Part shown: positions 40,546 through 54,553 of the stretch, piece by piece
Numbering within the stretch: the stretch's first letter is position 1
Layout: each line of letters begins with the position of its first letter
Source of the DNA: Octopus bimaculoides
Lineage: Eukaryota
Assembly (NCBI RefSeq): GCF_001194135.2
Contig: NC_069000.1
Location: forward strand, 15,387,199 to 15,451,198
Direction of reading: 5' to 3'
Length of the DNA stretch: 64,000 nt
Position numbers and translations under genes: made by a program
Notes under the pieces: model-generated
Database searches by the model: none
Told to the model about the DNA's origin: nothing
What the model saw: only the letters and a program-made list of their open reading frames with translations

Positions 40546-42427
40546 GGTGGAAAAATTGCAATATCCACTTTCTTTGTTGCCCAAAGCACATAATATAGTT
40601 AAATAGTTAATCTGAGCTTGCATCTAGGACTTACATCCTAATAAAATACTTTTTTTTTTTTTTTGACTAGGCATAAAATTCTAGGGAATAGTATAATACT
40701 AAAATTATTTTAAAAAAAACAAAACAAGGATATATATTATGAATTAACTAAGATTTGAAAAATACACAAGATATGATAAGAGCAAATTTACGATTTGAGA
40801 AAACTGAGTGTTAGGTGGTCTGTAGTATATGTAATATCAAGGTGGTCAAGGCAGACAATATAGATATTTGGTGTACATTCCTCTTAGTGAGCCTATTTTT
40901 CTTTGTCCCAAACTAGAGCTTGTAAATGTCAAAGGCATTACAGAGTGGTGTAAAATCATAACCTTTCCCTGCCCAGAGCATTTTCATAAGTTTGTCCTAA
41001 ATGCCGATACTTGTTTTCAGACTTTTAGTTAGATCTTGTGCCATACGTTCTGAGTAAATATAAAGCTTTCCTTTCACCAGTTCCAAGTTACTCAAGTGGG
41101 TTGATATTAAAAGGGGTTAAGATAACTCTAAAGAAATAAATGGAAAGTGACTTTTGCATTCACTTTTCATTTATTCATTGTATACAGAGCAACTTTCCTT
41201 AGACATTAACTTGCTCAGTATGAAAGAAAGAGAGAGACATTAAACTTCTCAAGTGTTAATATTTAGCTCATGTTCAGCGCAGATTGGGCTGATCAAAGAT
41301 TCAAAAGCATTCCAGCTGTGATCATATCTTTTAGTATGTCAAGGACTACTTTAGCTTATGTGTCCTTCTTCAAGAGGTAGTAGGGAAATTTAGCTGCTAT
41401 CTCAAGTAGGTTGTGTGATCGCATAAGAGACTACCTTGTTGGTTTGACATCTTATAAGATGCATATTGATAAGGGTGTCATTCTATTTGAGATACTGGTG
41501 CTGAACATGGCTTTGAGATTCATACCATCAAGGAAGGAAGTTCATAGCTGTTGTTTGGCCGAGTCAACCCTGATTGCGGCGTTAATTTGATGGCGATTTA
41601 GCTGCTGTTTCTCACGGGTCAAGTGACAAAGTAGAAATAGTTACATGCCAGAAATTTGAAACCAGGTCGCAGAGTCAGCATGTCTTCCTTTCTTTCTCCC
41701 CCCTCCCCTCCACCCACTTTGTGCTCTTGCTGTGCTTCTAATGACTACGAGGTATGTTATGTAATACATAAGCCCACAGCAGATGATTCAGATCAAAACA
41801 ACAAACTAAGAAAATACAATTGAAATGGAGCATAACAAGATTCCTTGAAATATATTTATGATTCAAAAACAGACAAAAAAAAAAAAAAATGCTTACAATG
41901 GAGGTAAAGAGGCAAAAGACATTTGATTTGTCAGTGGTTGGTGGTGGTGATGAAGGTAAAAGACCTTTAGCGTACATATTGACATTTTTATTCAGGAGTT
42001 AAAATGATTAAAAAAAATTGCATTATCATACTGTTTAATTTTTTTTTTATTTCTGAAGAATGTACATTCAGTGTGTGTGAAAGTGTACAAACCAACTTCA
42101 TACGTGTGCGCACACACACACACACACACACACAATGTATGCTTTTACTCATAGGTCTACTGGACTGGGATCGACCTTGGGCTAAACGACATAACTACTA
42201 TCATCTGCCTCACCTCACAGCTGTGGATAAGGAGCTCAGTTGTGGGTAACAGTAAGACAGACGATAGTGGTTAGAATGCCTTTGCTCATAGCGACACTCA
42301 AGGGGAAGTGACCTTGGGCTAAACAAACACACCAACATTCATCAGTAGCAGCAGTACCACTACCACTACCATCATTGCCACCGTCATCATCATCATAACA
42401 GAAGAGCAAACGAACAATTGCTTAAAC

Positions 42428-42519
42428 ATTAAGACAGTGCCTCATTTGTTCTGCCAGACAGATTGGTAAACTGGTAAATTGGTTATAACTTGAAGCTAGC
42501 AAATCACTCAAGGAAGAAA

Positions 42520-42590
<71 letters not shown>

Positions 42591-42769
42591 CACATACATG
42601 AGCTTGTGGTTAAGCGGTTCCTTCTGGGACCACATAGTTTAGGGTTTGGTGCTACTGTGTTGGGCATGATTGGCTTATGTCTTCTACTGTAGCTTCTAAA
42701 CAATGTTAAACAGCTAACAATTCCCCAATTGAAACCTATCAGCCCATAAACGATGCAATTCTTAGCTGC

Positions 42770-42806
<37 letters not shown>

Positions 42807-43224
42807 GTAAAACTACAGCTTAATGGAACCAACCTGTGGAAGAGAAATCTCAGCTATTTAGGCCAAGGACTTTTTTTTCTTATTACTGATAATTACTCAA
42901 ATATTTTCTCATTTTTTTTTCACAAGATACTATGTAGGAGATGTTTAGGGTTGTGTTGGTGCTCCAAGACTCCGAGCTGACTGACACTAATGAATTTGCT
43001 GTTTTCTTGAGATTTTTTTTTTTCATTCCAAGTTTCCTTCTTTTATATTTGTTGTTGCTTGTATTTTAATACTTTGTTTTGTTTTTTTTTCTTTCTTTTC
43101 ATTTCTATTTTGGAACAAAGCAAGTCTGACTTAACTTATGCAAGAGATAAACAAACATAAAATGACACACAAGATTAGCATAATGTTAACAGCTAGCACT
43201 GGGATATATATGTGTGTGTGTGTG

Positions 43225-43256
<32 letters not shown>

Positions 43257-43414
43257 TGTATACGAGTCGGAATAAATGTTGATAGTTCTTCAGAGTTTCT
43301 TGTTATTGGTGTCATTTTGAAGATTAAGACAGTGCCTCATTTGTTCTGCCAGACAGATTGGTAAACTGGTAAATTGGTTATAACTTGAAGCTAGCAAATC
43401 ACTCAAGGAAGAAA

Positions 43415-43468
<54 letters not shown>

Positions 43469-43586
43469 GTGTGTCTGTATGCACACATACATGAGCTTGT
43501 GGTTAAGCGGTTCCTTCTGGGACCACATAGTTTAGGGTTTGGTGCTGTGTTGGGCATGATTGGCTTATGTCTTCTACTGTAGCTTC
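42428..43586. repeat. Dispersed direct duplication (42428-42696 and 43323-43586)
   Basis: Near-identical ~265-bp copies differing mainly in the (TG)n tract and a 3-bp indel. Confidence 0.92.
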
Positions 43587-44049
43587 AGATTGACCAATGC
43601 CTGGTGAATTAAATTTGGCAGGCAAAAACTGGAAGAAGTCTTCTGTGTATGTGTGTGAGAGAGAGAGAAAGAGAGACAGAGAGAGAGAGAGAGAAAGAGA
43701 GATAGAGAGATAGAGAGAGTACTGCCTTGCATTGATTTTAAGGGACTGTTGTAAATAAGTGTCAGTCTCATACAAATGTTATCATTTGTTTTCAATCTTC
43801 CATGAAAACATGTCTGGTCATGGGGAAGTATAACCTTACCTGGAAACAGGAGGGTTGGTGACAGGAATGGCATCCAGCTGTAGAAAGTCTGCCCCAAACT
43901 AATTCTGTCTGCTTAATGTAAGCATGGAAAAGAGGATGTTAAAACGATGATGATATATATGCACAAATACGTATTTACACACACGTGTATGTATGTATGC
44001 ATGCATGTATCCATATATATATATATATATATATATATANNNNNNNNNN

Positions 44050-44084
<35 letters not shown>

Positions 44085-44613
44085 CATTAGTAATGGCACC
44101 CAGCTATAGAAACAAAGCCAAATCAGACTGGAACCTGGTGCAGCTCTCCTGCATGCCAGCTCAGGTCAAACCATCTAACCCTTGCCAGCATGGAAAATGG
44201 ACGTTAAATGATGATGATGATGATGATGTATATGTGCATTTGGATGTATATATGTGTGCATATTTGTGTCCCAACCAAATGGTTGTAGTTTAGAAACCAG
44301 TGTGCTTGCTATGGCACTTTGGTCAATAATTCCAAGTAAGATTGGTCTAATTCATGCTAGTATAGGCAAGTAGATGTTAGAAAAATGCTGCTGATGATTA
44401 TGTGCACACACACACACACACACTGACGTAAGTACATGGGGAAACAAGAGGGAAACCTGGTTTAATTATGTGTGTGAATGTGTTTTGAGAGCTTGAGTTT
44501 TCATGAGACTGGGCATGTGAATCTATGACTGTGCAAATGTAAATGTAGAACCCTACTCACACACTATGTTATGTGGACAAACAAAATCAACAGATTTTCA
44601 TAAGACAAAAACG

Positions 44614-44657
<44 letters not shown>

Positions 44658-46896
44658 NNNNNNNNNNNNNNNNNNNNNNNNNNNNNNNNNNNNNNNNNNN
44701 NNNNNNNNNNNNNNNNNNNNNNNNNNNNNNNNNNNNNNNNNNNNNNNNNNNNNNNNNNNNNNNNNNNNNNNNNNNNNNNNNNNNNNNNNNNNNNNNNNNN
44801 NNNNNNNNNNNNNNNNNNNNNNNNNNNNNNNNNNNNNNNNNNNNNNNNNNNNNNNNNNNNNNNNNNNNNNNNNNNNNNNNNNNNNNNNNNNNNNNNNNNN
44901 NNNNNNNNNNNNNNNNNNNNNNNNNNNNNNNNNNNNNNNNNNNNNNNNNNNNNNNNNNNNNNNNNNNNNNNNNNNNNNNNNNNNNNNNNNNNNNNNNNNN
45001 NNNNNNNNNNNNNNNNNNNNNNNNNNNNNNNNNNNNNNNNNNNNNNNNNNNNNNAAAATGACCTGCCTTTCTGGGTTCTTTTTTCTTTTCTTATCAAGGT
45101 TAGTGTACCACTACTACTACTACTACTACAACCACCACTAAAACTACTAACAATAAGGTCACGAATAGAGTAGAATCGTGGTGTTATATGAACTGCTTCA
45201 AGGAGCATAGCTAATTGCCATGCACGTTATCATTGTTTGCATGACATTAGCAAGACTACCCAGTGTTATCTGTGTGTATTTATTTTGTCTTGCAGCAAAA
45301 TTAGCACCACCCTATATTACCCCCCCACACACACACACATATATATCATCATCATCATCATCATCGTTTAACGTCCGCTTTCCATGCTAGCATGGGTTAT
45401 ATATGTTCTACTTGTTTGAGTCATTAGACTGCGGCCATGTTGGGGGCACAGCCTTGAATGTTCAGTCAAATGAACTGGTCACAACAGTTATTTTTTAAAG
45501 CCTGGTACTTATTCTATCAGTTTCTCTTTGCCAAACCACTAAATTATACGGACATAANNNNNNNNNNNNNNNNNNNNNNNNNNNNNNNNNNNNNNNNNNN
45601 NNNNNNNNNNNNNNNNNNNNNNNNNNNNNNNNNNNNNNNNNNNNNNNNNNNNNNNNNNNNNNNNNNNNNNNNNNNNNNNNNNNNNNNNNNNNNNNNNNNN
45701 NNNNNNNNNNNNNNNNNNNNNNNNNNNNNNNNNNNNNNNNNNNNNNNNNNNNNNNNNNNNNNNNNNNNNNNNNNNNNNNNNNNNNNNNNNNNNNNNNNNN
45801 NNNNNNNNNNNNNNNNNNNNNNNNNNNNNNNNNNNNNNNNNNNNNNNNNNNNNNNNNNNNNNNNNNNNNNNNNNNNNNNNNNNNNNNNNNNNNNNNNNNN
45901 NNNNNNNNNNNNNNNNNNNNNNNNNNNNNNNNNNNNNNNNNNNNNNNNNNNNCTAATGTCATCATGAACCTGACCTTGCATATTATTTATTTACCTTATC
46001 CTGAGATCTAACCGATATCCACCCACTCTCCTTTCGTTTCGCTTCCTGCAAGCCAAAATGAGAACGTGCTTGAAATTAGGAGCATGAACTGAATGTATAA
46101 ATCTCAGCGCCCCCCCCCCCCAAAAAAAAAACAAACAGATAAACGACCTGGTGGTGGTGGTGATGGTGAGGAACAAGCAGAGATGTAGTATGACTGTTGG
46201 TGGGGAGGCAGGTGGAAGAGGGTCTTACGTGGACTGAGTAGATTTTGAGAGCAAGAACGGAACAAGAAAACAAAAGTCTATTAGATCTGGTTGGTACCTC
46301 TTTCAAATTGGCGCTGGTGCCTTAAAGATAAAACAAATAACTAAATGAATAAAAACAAAAAATATAAGGCGATCCTTTAAGATCACATGCTTTAAGGAGG
46401 TGAAAAAAAAAGAAAAAAAAGGGTATTGATGTTTAGAGAAGCAACAACCAACACCAACCAGACATACATTACAAACACAAGCCATTATTATGATAAAAGT
46501 ATAAAAGAGGAAAAAAAAAACCCCCCAAAAAACATAAATCTAAAACACTAAATTCTAGGCAGGAAGGAAGCAAGCCAGAAATAAATAAAATAAAAACCGT
46601 CATAAGCAAAGACATGCTTATTTCATTCAGTTGGGAAAGGCAAATAAGTACTGCTGCTGAGTGTCTACCAAGAACCAATCAAACATGGGACTCGACAAGC
46701 TCTCTCTCCCTCTCTCTCTCTTTCTATCTCACTAACTAACTGAACCAGTATGCAGCAGGCTGCAAATTCTCTTATTACAAACAGTAGCAAGTGTCTTTTG
46801 CTGTTCTATTTACTTAGCAAGCGAGTGGGCCTGCCTGCTAGCATGAAAGTATCTAAACAGGCAACAGTTTTGAAACATGGCCGAGAACATATATAT

Positions 46897-46930
<34 letters not shown>

Positions 46931-47009
46931 GTATTCAAAGAGCATATTCAGGAAAAAAGCTCTAGAGAATTTACATATGTCTGCTTGCTATGTAGTGACG
47001 TACTTAGAA

Positions 47010-47230
47010 CCACCATCATCATCATCATCACTACCACCATCATCATCATCATCAGTAGTTCACGGAAACTATTCCTTGCTGACAGCATCATTTCACAGTT
47101 GTGGATCATGTCAGTGACGTCTAACCTTTTAAAGTCCATATCTAACGGCCTTAATTATTTCAGGTCTTCTTTGGCCTACTTCTTTCTAGCTCATATATCA
47201 TCCCATTTCGGACATACATCTAGGTAAATG
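47010..47230 (-). mobile_element. Decayed RTE LINE C-terminus with (GAT)n tail
   Basis: Translation ERSRPKKT* ... MDFKRLDVTDMIHNCEM resembles GRPKKTW...DLKxLxLTxxMxxDRxxW, followed by GAT repeats. Confidence 0.5.
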
Positions 47231-47994
47231 TGATTTTGTGGCAAATTAACCCTTTTCCAAAGGCACCAAGCAACAATACAAGTAAAGGGAAACTGTTATC
47301 AAAGTAAGATTACTGCTCATTGCTGGCAAGTATTTTTGATAACTGAGAAAACAAAAAGGTGGTAAGCTAGCAGATTCATTCCATTAGCACACCGGACAAA
47401 TTGCTTAGTGGCATTCCATCTCCTGAAATTGCTAGCCTTGTGTTAAAATTCTAAATCATTATTAATAATGAAAAAAAAAATTTTAATATGTGTGTGTGTA
47501 TGTGTGTTTTGTCTGAGGTCTCCTCTCTCTTATTTTACCTTCAACACCTTGCATAAAGCTGCCCCCCTCTCCCAAATACACCCCCTTTCAGTTAAGAGGG
47601 CCTTTGGCATGCAAGTTACTTGGTAACCATATTAGTGTTGAAATCATGGAAAAAAGAAAACAAAAAGCACCCAGCCAAAGAAAAGTTTGACATTGGGTCC
47701 TGACACAGCTCTGCAGCTTGCCAGGCCGTCAAACTGTCCAACCCTTGGAAGCATGGAAAACAGATTAAATGAATGGTGATGGTGAGGATGATATACAACC
47801 GTCATCAATTTATGTCAGTTTCCCATACTTGCATGTATATGTATGTGTGTGAGAGAGAGAGTACGGAAAACCAATGTTAAATGGTACATACAAAGACTTC
47901 AACTGATAAGGAGTAGTAGATGGTATTGTGCGACAATGATGCCTTTCCCAATGAAGTGAACTTAGAAGTGGAAGTTTGAAACAGGTTATAATTA

Positions 47995-48330
47995 CAGACC
48001 CAGGGACTTTATAGTCATTCAGCTGACTGGGGATATTAGAGTGTCATAGGCTCAATGGAGACCTTTTAATGCTCAGCAGACGAAGGGTATCATAGTGCTC
48101 TGCTTAGCAGACTGGGGACTTTATAGCGCTATGCTCAGCAGAAGAAGGGTTTTATAGTGCTCTGCTCAGTAGAAGAAGGGCTTTATAGTGCTCTGCTCAG
48201 CAGAAGAGGGGCTTTATAGTGCTCTGCTCAGCAGAAGAGGGGCTTTATAGTGCTTAGCAGATTAGGGACTTTAAAGTGTCCAATAGACTAGGGAGTTCAT
48301 AGGGCTCAGCAGAAAAGAAACTTATAATGC
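47995..48330. repeat. 31-bp minisatellite (GCTCTGCTCAGCAGAAGAGGGGCTTTATAGT) with decayed flanking units
   Basis: Equivalent positions at 48150, 48181, 48212 and 48243 give a period of 31. Confidence 0.9.
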
Positions 48331-49505
48331 AAAACAATAAATAATATAAAAGGTGCTGGGGAATATCATTTTAAGGTCAACAAAAAGCGAGGGAAGAAAC
48401 ATTTCTGAATTTATTTTGTTTTGTTTTGTTTGTCACTAGACAAAATTTCAACAAGAGCTTATCTTTGCTTAACTGTCTATGTTTAATCAACAATCCAACT
48501 GACGCCCTTTGCTATTGCCACGTCATGCCCAGCTTGGTAAAAACAGAGGAAACTAAAGCACGTCATCTCGCCCACATATAGGCTCTAATGTTATTATATA
48601 ACAACAAACCTACATGGCAATGAAGCCAAGAGGCTTAAAGCACAAGTCTGATGTAACCCTTTCACTGTGTGTGTGCATGTGACTAAAATTAAATTTCTTA
48701 GCAGGCTGCTTGCTACATTCAACAACAGTCAACTAAAAATAACCCACTTTGTTTAGTAAGTCATCAGATGCTAATTAAATAATGACCCTTAGTTTCATTC
48801 AGCTGCACAACTGTTGTCAACTGTGCATCACAGGCCCGAGACAATGCAACACTGAAGGGCTTAAATTGTATTAACTTCGCTACAATAATTGTGCGGTAAG
48901 AAGTTTGTTTCCCGGTCACATGATTCTGGGTTCAGTCCCACTGTGTGGCACCTTAGGCAAGTGTCTTCTACAATAGCTCCAGTTTGACCAAAGCTTTGTG
49001 ACTGGATATGGTAGACAGAAACTAAAAGAAGCCTGCCATATATATATAAGTTTGTCAAGAAGTGGGTAGACAGACCAAACTCACTCATTGTGAGCCTGTC
49101 ATGTGTGTGTGTGTGTATATACATACAAATCATCATCATCATCATCATCATCGTCGTTTAACGTCCGCTTTCCATGCTAGCATGGGTTGGATGATTTGAC
49201 TGAGGACTGGTGAACCAGATGGCTACACCAGATTTAGTTACATCACTGCTATTACTAATTTTATCTTTTCCCAGTTCCACTCTAATCAACCCACCCTCTC
49301 TTCTAAACTTTAAGTAACCATGAGGCTCCTCTAGAGAAATTTCTGCTCTGGCTCCATCCTTTAACCAATCACCTCCTAGTATAAAGCTGCTTCTCTTAGA
49401 GTTTGCACTCTCGTGAGCTGCATGGACCTCACTAGTGTTGGTGACATGAAAAAGAGTACCCAGTACACACTGTAAAATGATTGGCAAAACTTTTTCATGT
49501 CCTCG

Positions 49506-49737
49506 CTAACACTTTAGCATTTGAATCTGTCATATCTGACTCAAATATTCTTCTTGTTTTATGTTCGAACTAGCCTGATTTGGCTTCTCATAGCAACCCT
49601 TCAATGCCATTCTAAAAATAAACAACCACATCATTGAAATCTCAAAGCTACACGATAATGCACGCATGGTTAATTCAAAGCAATTTAAATAAATAAGCTA
49701 TACATTCCACAGTGTAATCTGAATGTTAAGGGGTTAA
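49506..49737 (-). mobile_element. Same MITE family
   Basis: Starts ctaacactttagcattt and ends gtaatctgaatgttaaggggttaa. Confidence 0.75.
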
Positions 49738-50062
49738 AGTACTTCTGTGGGTCCTCAATTTACTATTTTTGCTTGCAGGGACACTCCCTTAAAATCTTAT
49801 ATGGACCCGGTTGAGAACGACTGTTTTAGACGAAGGTGTCTGCGCCTGTTAACCCTGTGTTTGCACGAGTGTTCAACAGTATCGTAGATTCATGCATGCA
49901 GCCGTGATTGCTTGCATTGGTTCGCACGTATCTAGAGCCTAATAAATTCGCTTGTATATTACTTATTACACGTGAATCTTCTTAAATTTAATAGAACAGG
50001 TGCTGGTGTATGTTCATGTAAGCATTTATCAAAAGAGAGTAGAGGGACTGCACACCTACTAG

Positions 50063-50099
<37 letters not shown>

Positions 50100-53000
50100 T
50101 AGATAGATATATTTTATTTTTTGCTGGTTTTAGTATGTGCGTGCGTGTCCTTTATTAGTAAAACCAGGAACAGGTTTATATATACAACTGTCACCGAGAG
50201 ACAGGAGTGAGTGAACGAAATTGAAAGAGAAAGGGCGTCACTGGAATGACGTCCGGTTCAAGATATCCTTGTTATGGGGACACAAAGGAATGTGTATGCG
50301 CGCGCGTGTATATATATNNNNNNNNNNNNNNNNNNNNNNNNNNNNNNNNNNNNNNNNNNNNNNNNNNNNNNNNNNNNNNNNNNNNNNNNNNNNNNNNNNN
50401 NNNNNNNNNNNNNNNNNNNNNNNNNNNNNNNNNNNNNNNNNNNNNNNNNNNNNNNNNNNNNNNNNNNNNNNNNNNNNNNNNNNNNNNNNNNNNNNNNNNN
50501 NNNNNNNNNNNNNNNNNNNNNNNNNNNNNNNNNNNNNNNNNNNNNNNNNNNNNNNNNNNNNNNNNNNNNNNNNNNNNNNNNNNNNNNNNNNNNNNNNNNN
50601 NNNNNNNNNNNNNNNNNNNNNNNNNNNNNNNNNNNNNNNNNNNNNNNNNNNNNNNNNNNNNNNNNNNNNNNNNNNNNNNNNNNNNNNNNNNNNNNNNNNN
50701 NNNNNNNNNNNNNNNNNNNNNNNNNNNNNNNNNNNNNNNNNNNNNNNNNNNNNNNNNNNNNNNNNNNNNNNNNNNNNNNNNNNNNNNNNNNNNNNNNNNN
50801 NNNNNNNNNNNNNNNNNNNNNNNNNNNNNNNNNNNNNNNNNNNNNNNNNNNNNNNNNNNNNNNNNNNNNNNNNNNNNNNNNNNNNNNNNNNNNNNNNNNN
50901 NNNNNNNNNNNNNNNNNNNNNNNNNNNNNNNNNNNNNNNNNNNNNNNNNNNNNNNNNNNNNNNNNNNNNNNNNNNNNNNNNNNNNNNNNNNNNNNNNNNN
51001 NNNNNNNNNNNNNNNNNNNNNNNNNNNNNNNNNNNNNNNNNNNNNNNNNNNNNNNNNNNNNNNNNNNNNNNNNNNNNNNNNNNNNNNNNNNNNNNNNNNN
51101 NNNNNNNNNNNNNNNNNNNNCTATTATAGGCACAAGGCCTGGTTTTTGAGGGAAGGAGCAAGTCAATTAGGGTTAGGGAAAACGAACACACGTGTGTTGC
51201 CTCTCTGCAAAATGTCAGAAGTAACGGAGATTAAATACGCTTTATACCGCTTAAACTGCCAAAGGAGTAACTGTAAACAGCTGAATACTTGTCAGTGATT
51301 GGTTGAAATTATCGAAATAAGACAATTTTTTTACATGAAATAACTTCGAATACAAAATTTTTTTTCTGTTCTATAACACAAAATAGATAAGTATACGAAG
51401 TTTGAAAGTCTTTCATTACCAAAAACACTACATAAAATATAAATGAAAACTGGTGCCCCCGTTTTGAACTAGATCCTAATCAAGACTTGAATGTTTTTTT
51501 CTTTATTTCAGTTCTAAGACTTTTACAGATGGTTGATATTGTCTGTTCGAAAGAAATGCACCCGAATAGCTTTTAGAACTCCTAAGGAGAAAACTTCAGT
51601 TGCATTTTGTCATAATTATCGGAGACAATCGTATAATATCGAGTATTTAAATGCCCAACTGTTGTATAAGGTTTCAACATGCATGATTGGTGTGTCGAAT
51701 TGATCGTCTCCTATAAATCTGAAGCTTATGCTTATGGAATAAAATCAATCTAAACACGAACGGAAGAAATACGTTTTATTGTCTTTGTTTTTGAAGATGG
51801 AGCTGACATAACCAATCTTCTGCTTTTGCAGATATGACTGAGACGGGAGTTTGAGGAAGATTAACAGAGATAGTAAAAGACGAGGCACAATATCTTGCAG
51901 ATTAGTTACACCCCCGAGTTGAAATACCCTTTGGATTGATAAAATAGGTATCAGTCAAGTATTGTGATCAGTGTATAAATGGATTTAAGTCGACTATACA
52001 CGTCCTTTGATGTTTGTAGCTGGTGCATAACGTTAGAAGTTATTATAATTAAGGTGAATTGACCGAAACAAGAAGGTAACACTTAGGTTTCAGCCATCTT
52101 ATTCATGGGGGAAAACAAGGACTTTTTTGGTATTTCTGTTTCATACAACGAGAATTATGATTGTAAAAGAAATTTTCCTTTTCAAATGTTTATTTACTCA
52201 ATTCCATGCCATTTTCCTCTCCATAAGGTAAATGATAGCTCTTGGAGCTTATTTCAGTTTTCCATCTTTAGAGACCTCCCCTCCGTTTCTGGACTTCAAT
52301 GGCATGAAGGCAACGAAAGAATGATACACTTCAATGTTTTTCCGTTCAGAGTACATACACTATCGGTATTGACTTTTCCCTTTAATACTTTCCAAAATGG
52401 GTGATTAACAAATAATAAATATTGACCATAAATATTAGTATTGTTTGCAGTGTATAATCAAAAGAAATCGATGAAGTAATGAAAGTGCAAGGAAGACGTG
52501 TCAGTAGTTACTTTCGTATATTGCAGGAACATTTACCATATCATTTTATCTGCATTAACGAGGTAACAAGGTAGTATATATTTATGAAGTCGCGCGAAGT
52601 GCTAGAGAAAGCAGTCAAATCAACCTCAAACAATCAAAAAGAAAAAGACACCGGTTCATATAGTCCTTGGTACATGATATCTCCAAAAACAGACTAGACG
52701 GTCAGTATTTGAATGTCTTTAGAATAAATCTGCTTAATCGGGGTTGAAATGAGGTTAAACACAAATAACAGGTCCAACACAACAATATCGAGTCAACAAA
52801 GAACCTTTTTGCGAATGCTCCATCTGCTAGAAATGGAAGCCAAATCTCACTTAAATCACATCCTGCTGTCTTCAAAAAGACAGCAGAAATTGATTATGTA
52901 GTTCTAGATGAACAATATCTTTTAAAAAAAGGCGAGGATGGTTGGTTACGGTTTGAAAACTTTTAATCATATGCATGTTTACCTATCTGGGCCGACCTGA

Positions 53001-54553
53001 GACTAAACAACAAAAGTAATCTTTAAAACGCTGTTCATTCCTGACCTCCCTCCTCTAACGTATTGTCAGTCGACCAAAAATACAAATTGAAATTGAAAGA
53101 AAGCAGTCTAGGGCAAAAAAAGTTTGTATGTTAAAAACGTTCTCCTCCCCTACAACCACCACCATCTCACCACCAATGAAATTTAAACAAATAACGACGA
53201 AAACAATGGGAAGATTAGCAAGTGGACAGAAATTGCAAAGCTTGAACTGTCGTGAAATATCCAAGACAGTTAGAGAAAAAAAAAATCCAGAACAATAACA
53301 TTAAAAAAAAAAAAAGAATGCGACGAAGGAGTGAAAAATAGATATGACGAAACAATGAACAAGAAGTGAAGTTTCTTGAGTCTGTTCTGTCATGTCTAAC
53401 AGATGGAAATGGGTTATTGTCGTCAGAAGAAAAAAAAATGAACTGTTAAGAGAAAATAAATAAAGTAACAAAATAATAAACTACCTAAGCAACTAATGAC
53501 TTCTTAATTAGGCATGAAGTCTTTTGGCAAGTTTATTTAATTAACTTGCCCAGGGACAAACAAGTTACGCAGACCTCTCTAGTCAGTAGTAAGTAATAAT
53601 GATGATGTTGATGATGAATAGCTTGGTTGCTGGCCAAAGCTAGGCAACTGTAATGTGATTGATATAAAATAAGCAAAAAGCAACAGAAAAATAGCAGACA
53701 AAAAAATACTATGCAACAAGAAACTGAAATTTAAAACAAAGGAACCTAAGCCGCGAGCTTGTTATGTGTGTAAGTTTCTAGCGCTACATTGTCCGAACGT
53801 TTTCAGGTATTATCGATCTAGCCAACAATAGTAAATAAATTAAATGCATTAGCCAAGATTTTCAACGTAAAATGATATCAAGACACAAGATAGGTGTTTA
53901 TAATTTAACATAATAATAATGATTGTTTCAAATTTTGGCACAAAGCCAGAAATTTTAGTGTAGAGGGGAAGTCGATTACATCGACGCAGTGCTCAACTGG
54001 TACCTTATTTCAGCAGAATTCTGCTTTAAGCACGCCATATAACTCACCTCCATAACTTCTTTCTTTCTTTATATTTTTTTAATTCTGGGAAAGATTTTGC
54101 GAATTTATATTCTACATACGGGAATTCAAATGACTATAAAAAGTAAAATTTTTGAAATTTAAAAAAAATTTGTTAATTTTTCTCGGGACAGTCCGATTTT
54201 ATTTTGCTTAAATCCTGTGTTTATGGGGAGAAAGATATTGAAAAACATCAATACGTCAGACTGACAAACAAACGAGGAGGATATGAGGTGGTCGTGAGAT
54301 GTGCTAAAAATAACAACTAAATAGGCATTTCTAAAGGGACAAAAGGAACGTCGATCTCGGCGGAATTTGAACTTAATGAGTCGGAAAAAATACTGTCAAG
54401 TATTTTTGTCCGACGCACTTAGGTTTCGGCCATTTCGCTGCCACAGTAGTAATTATAATACTTTATTGACCAGAAAACAAGGAAAAGCGCTCACCACAAA
54501 AAACTTCCTTCCATAATTTGTCTATCTTTTTTAAAGAATTTTTATTCTAGCGC

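Noticed and set aside
47995-48330. CRISPR-like appearance of the palindromic ~31-bp repeat
   Set aside because: Units are contiguous with no unique spacers, there are no cas genes, and the context is a eukaryotic intron.
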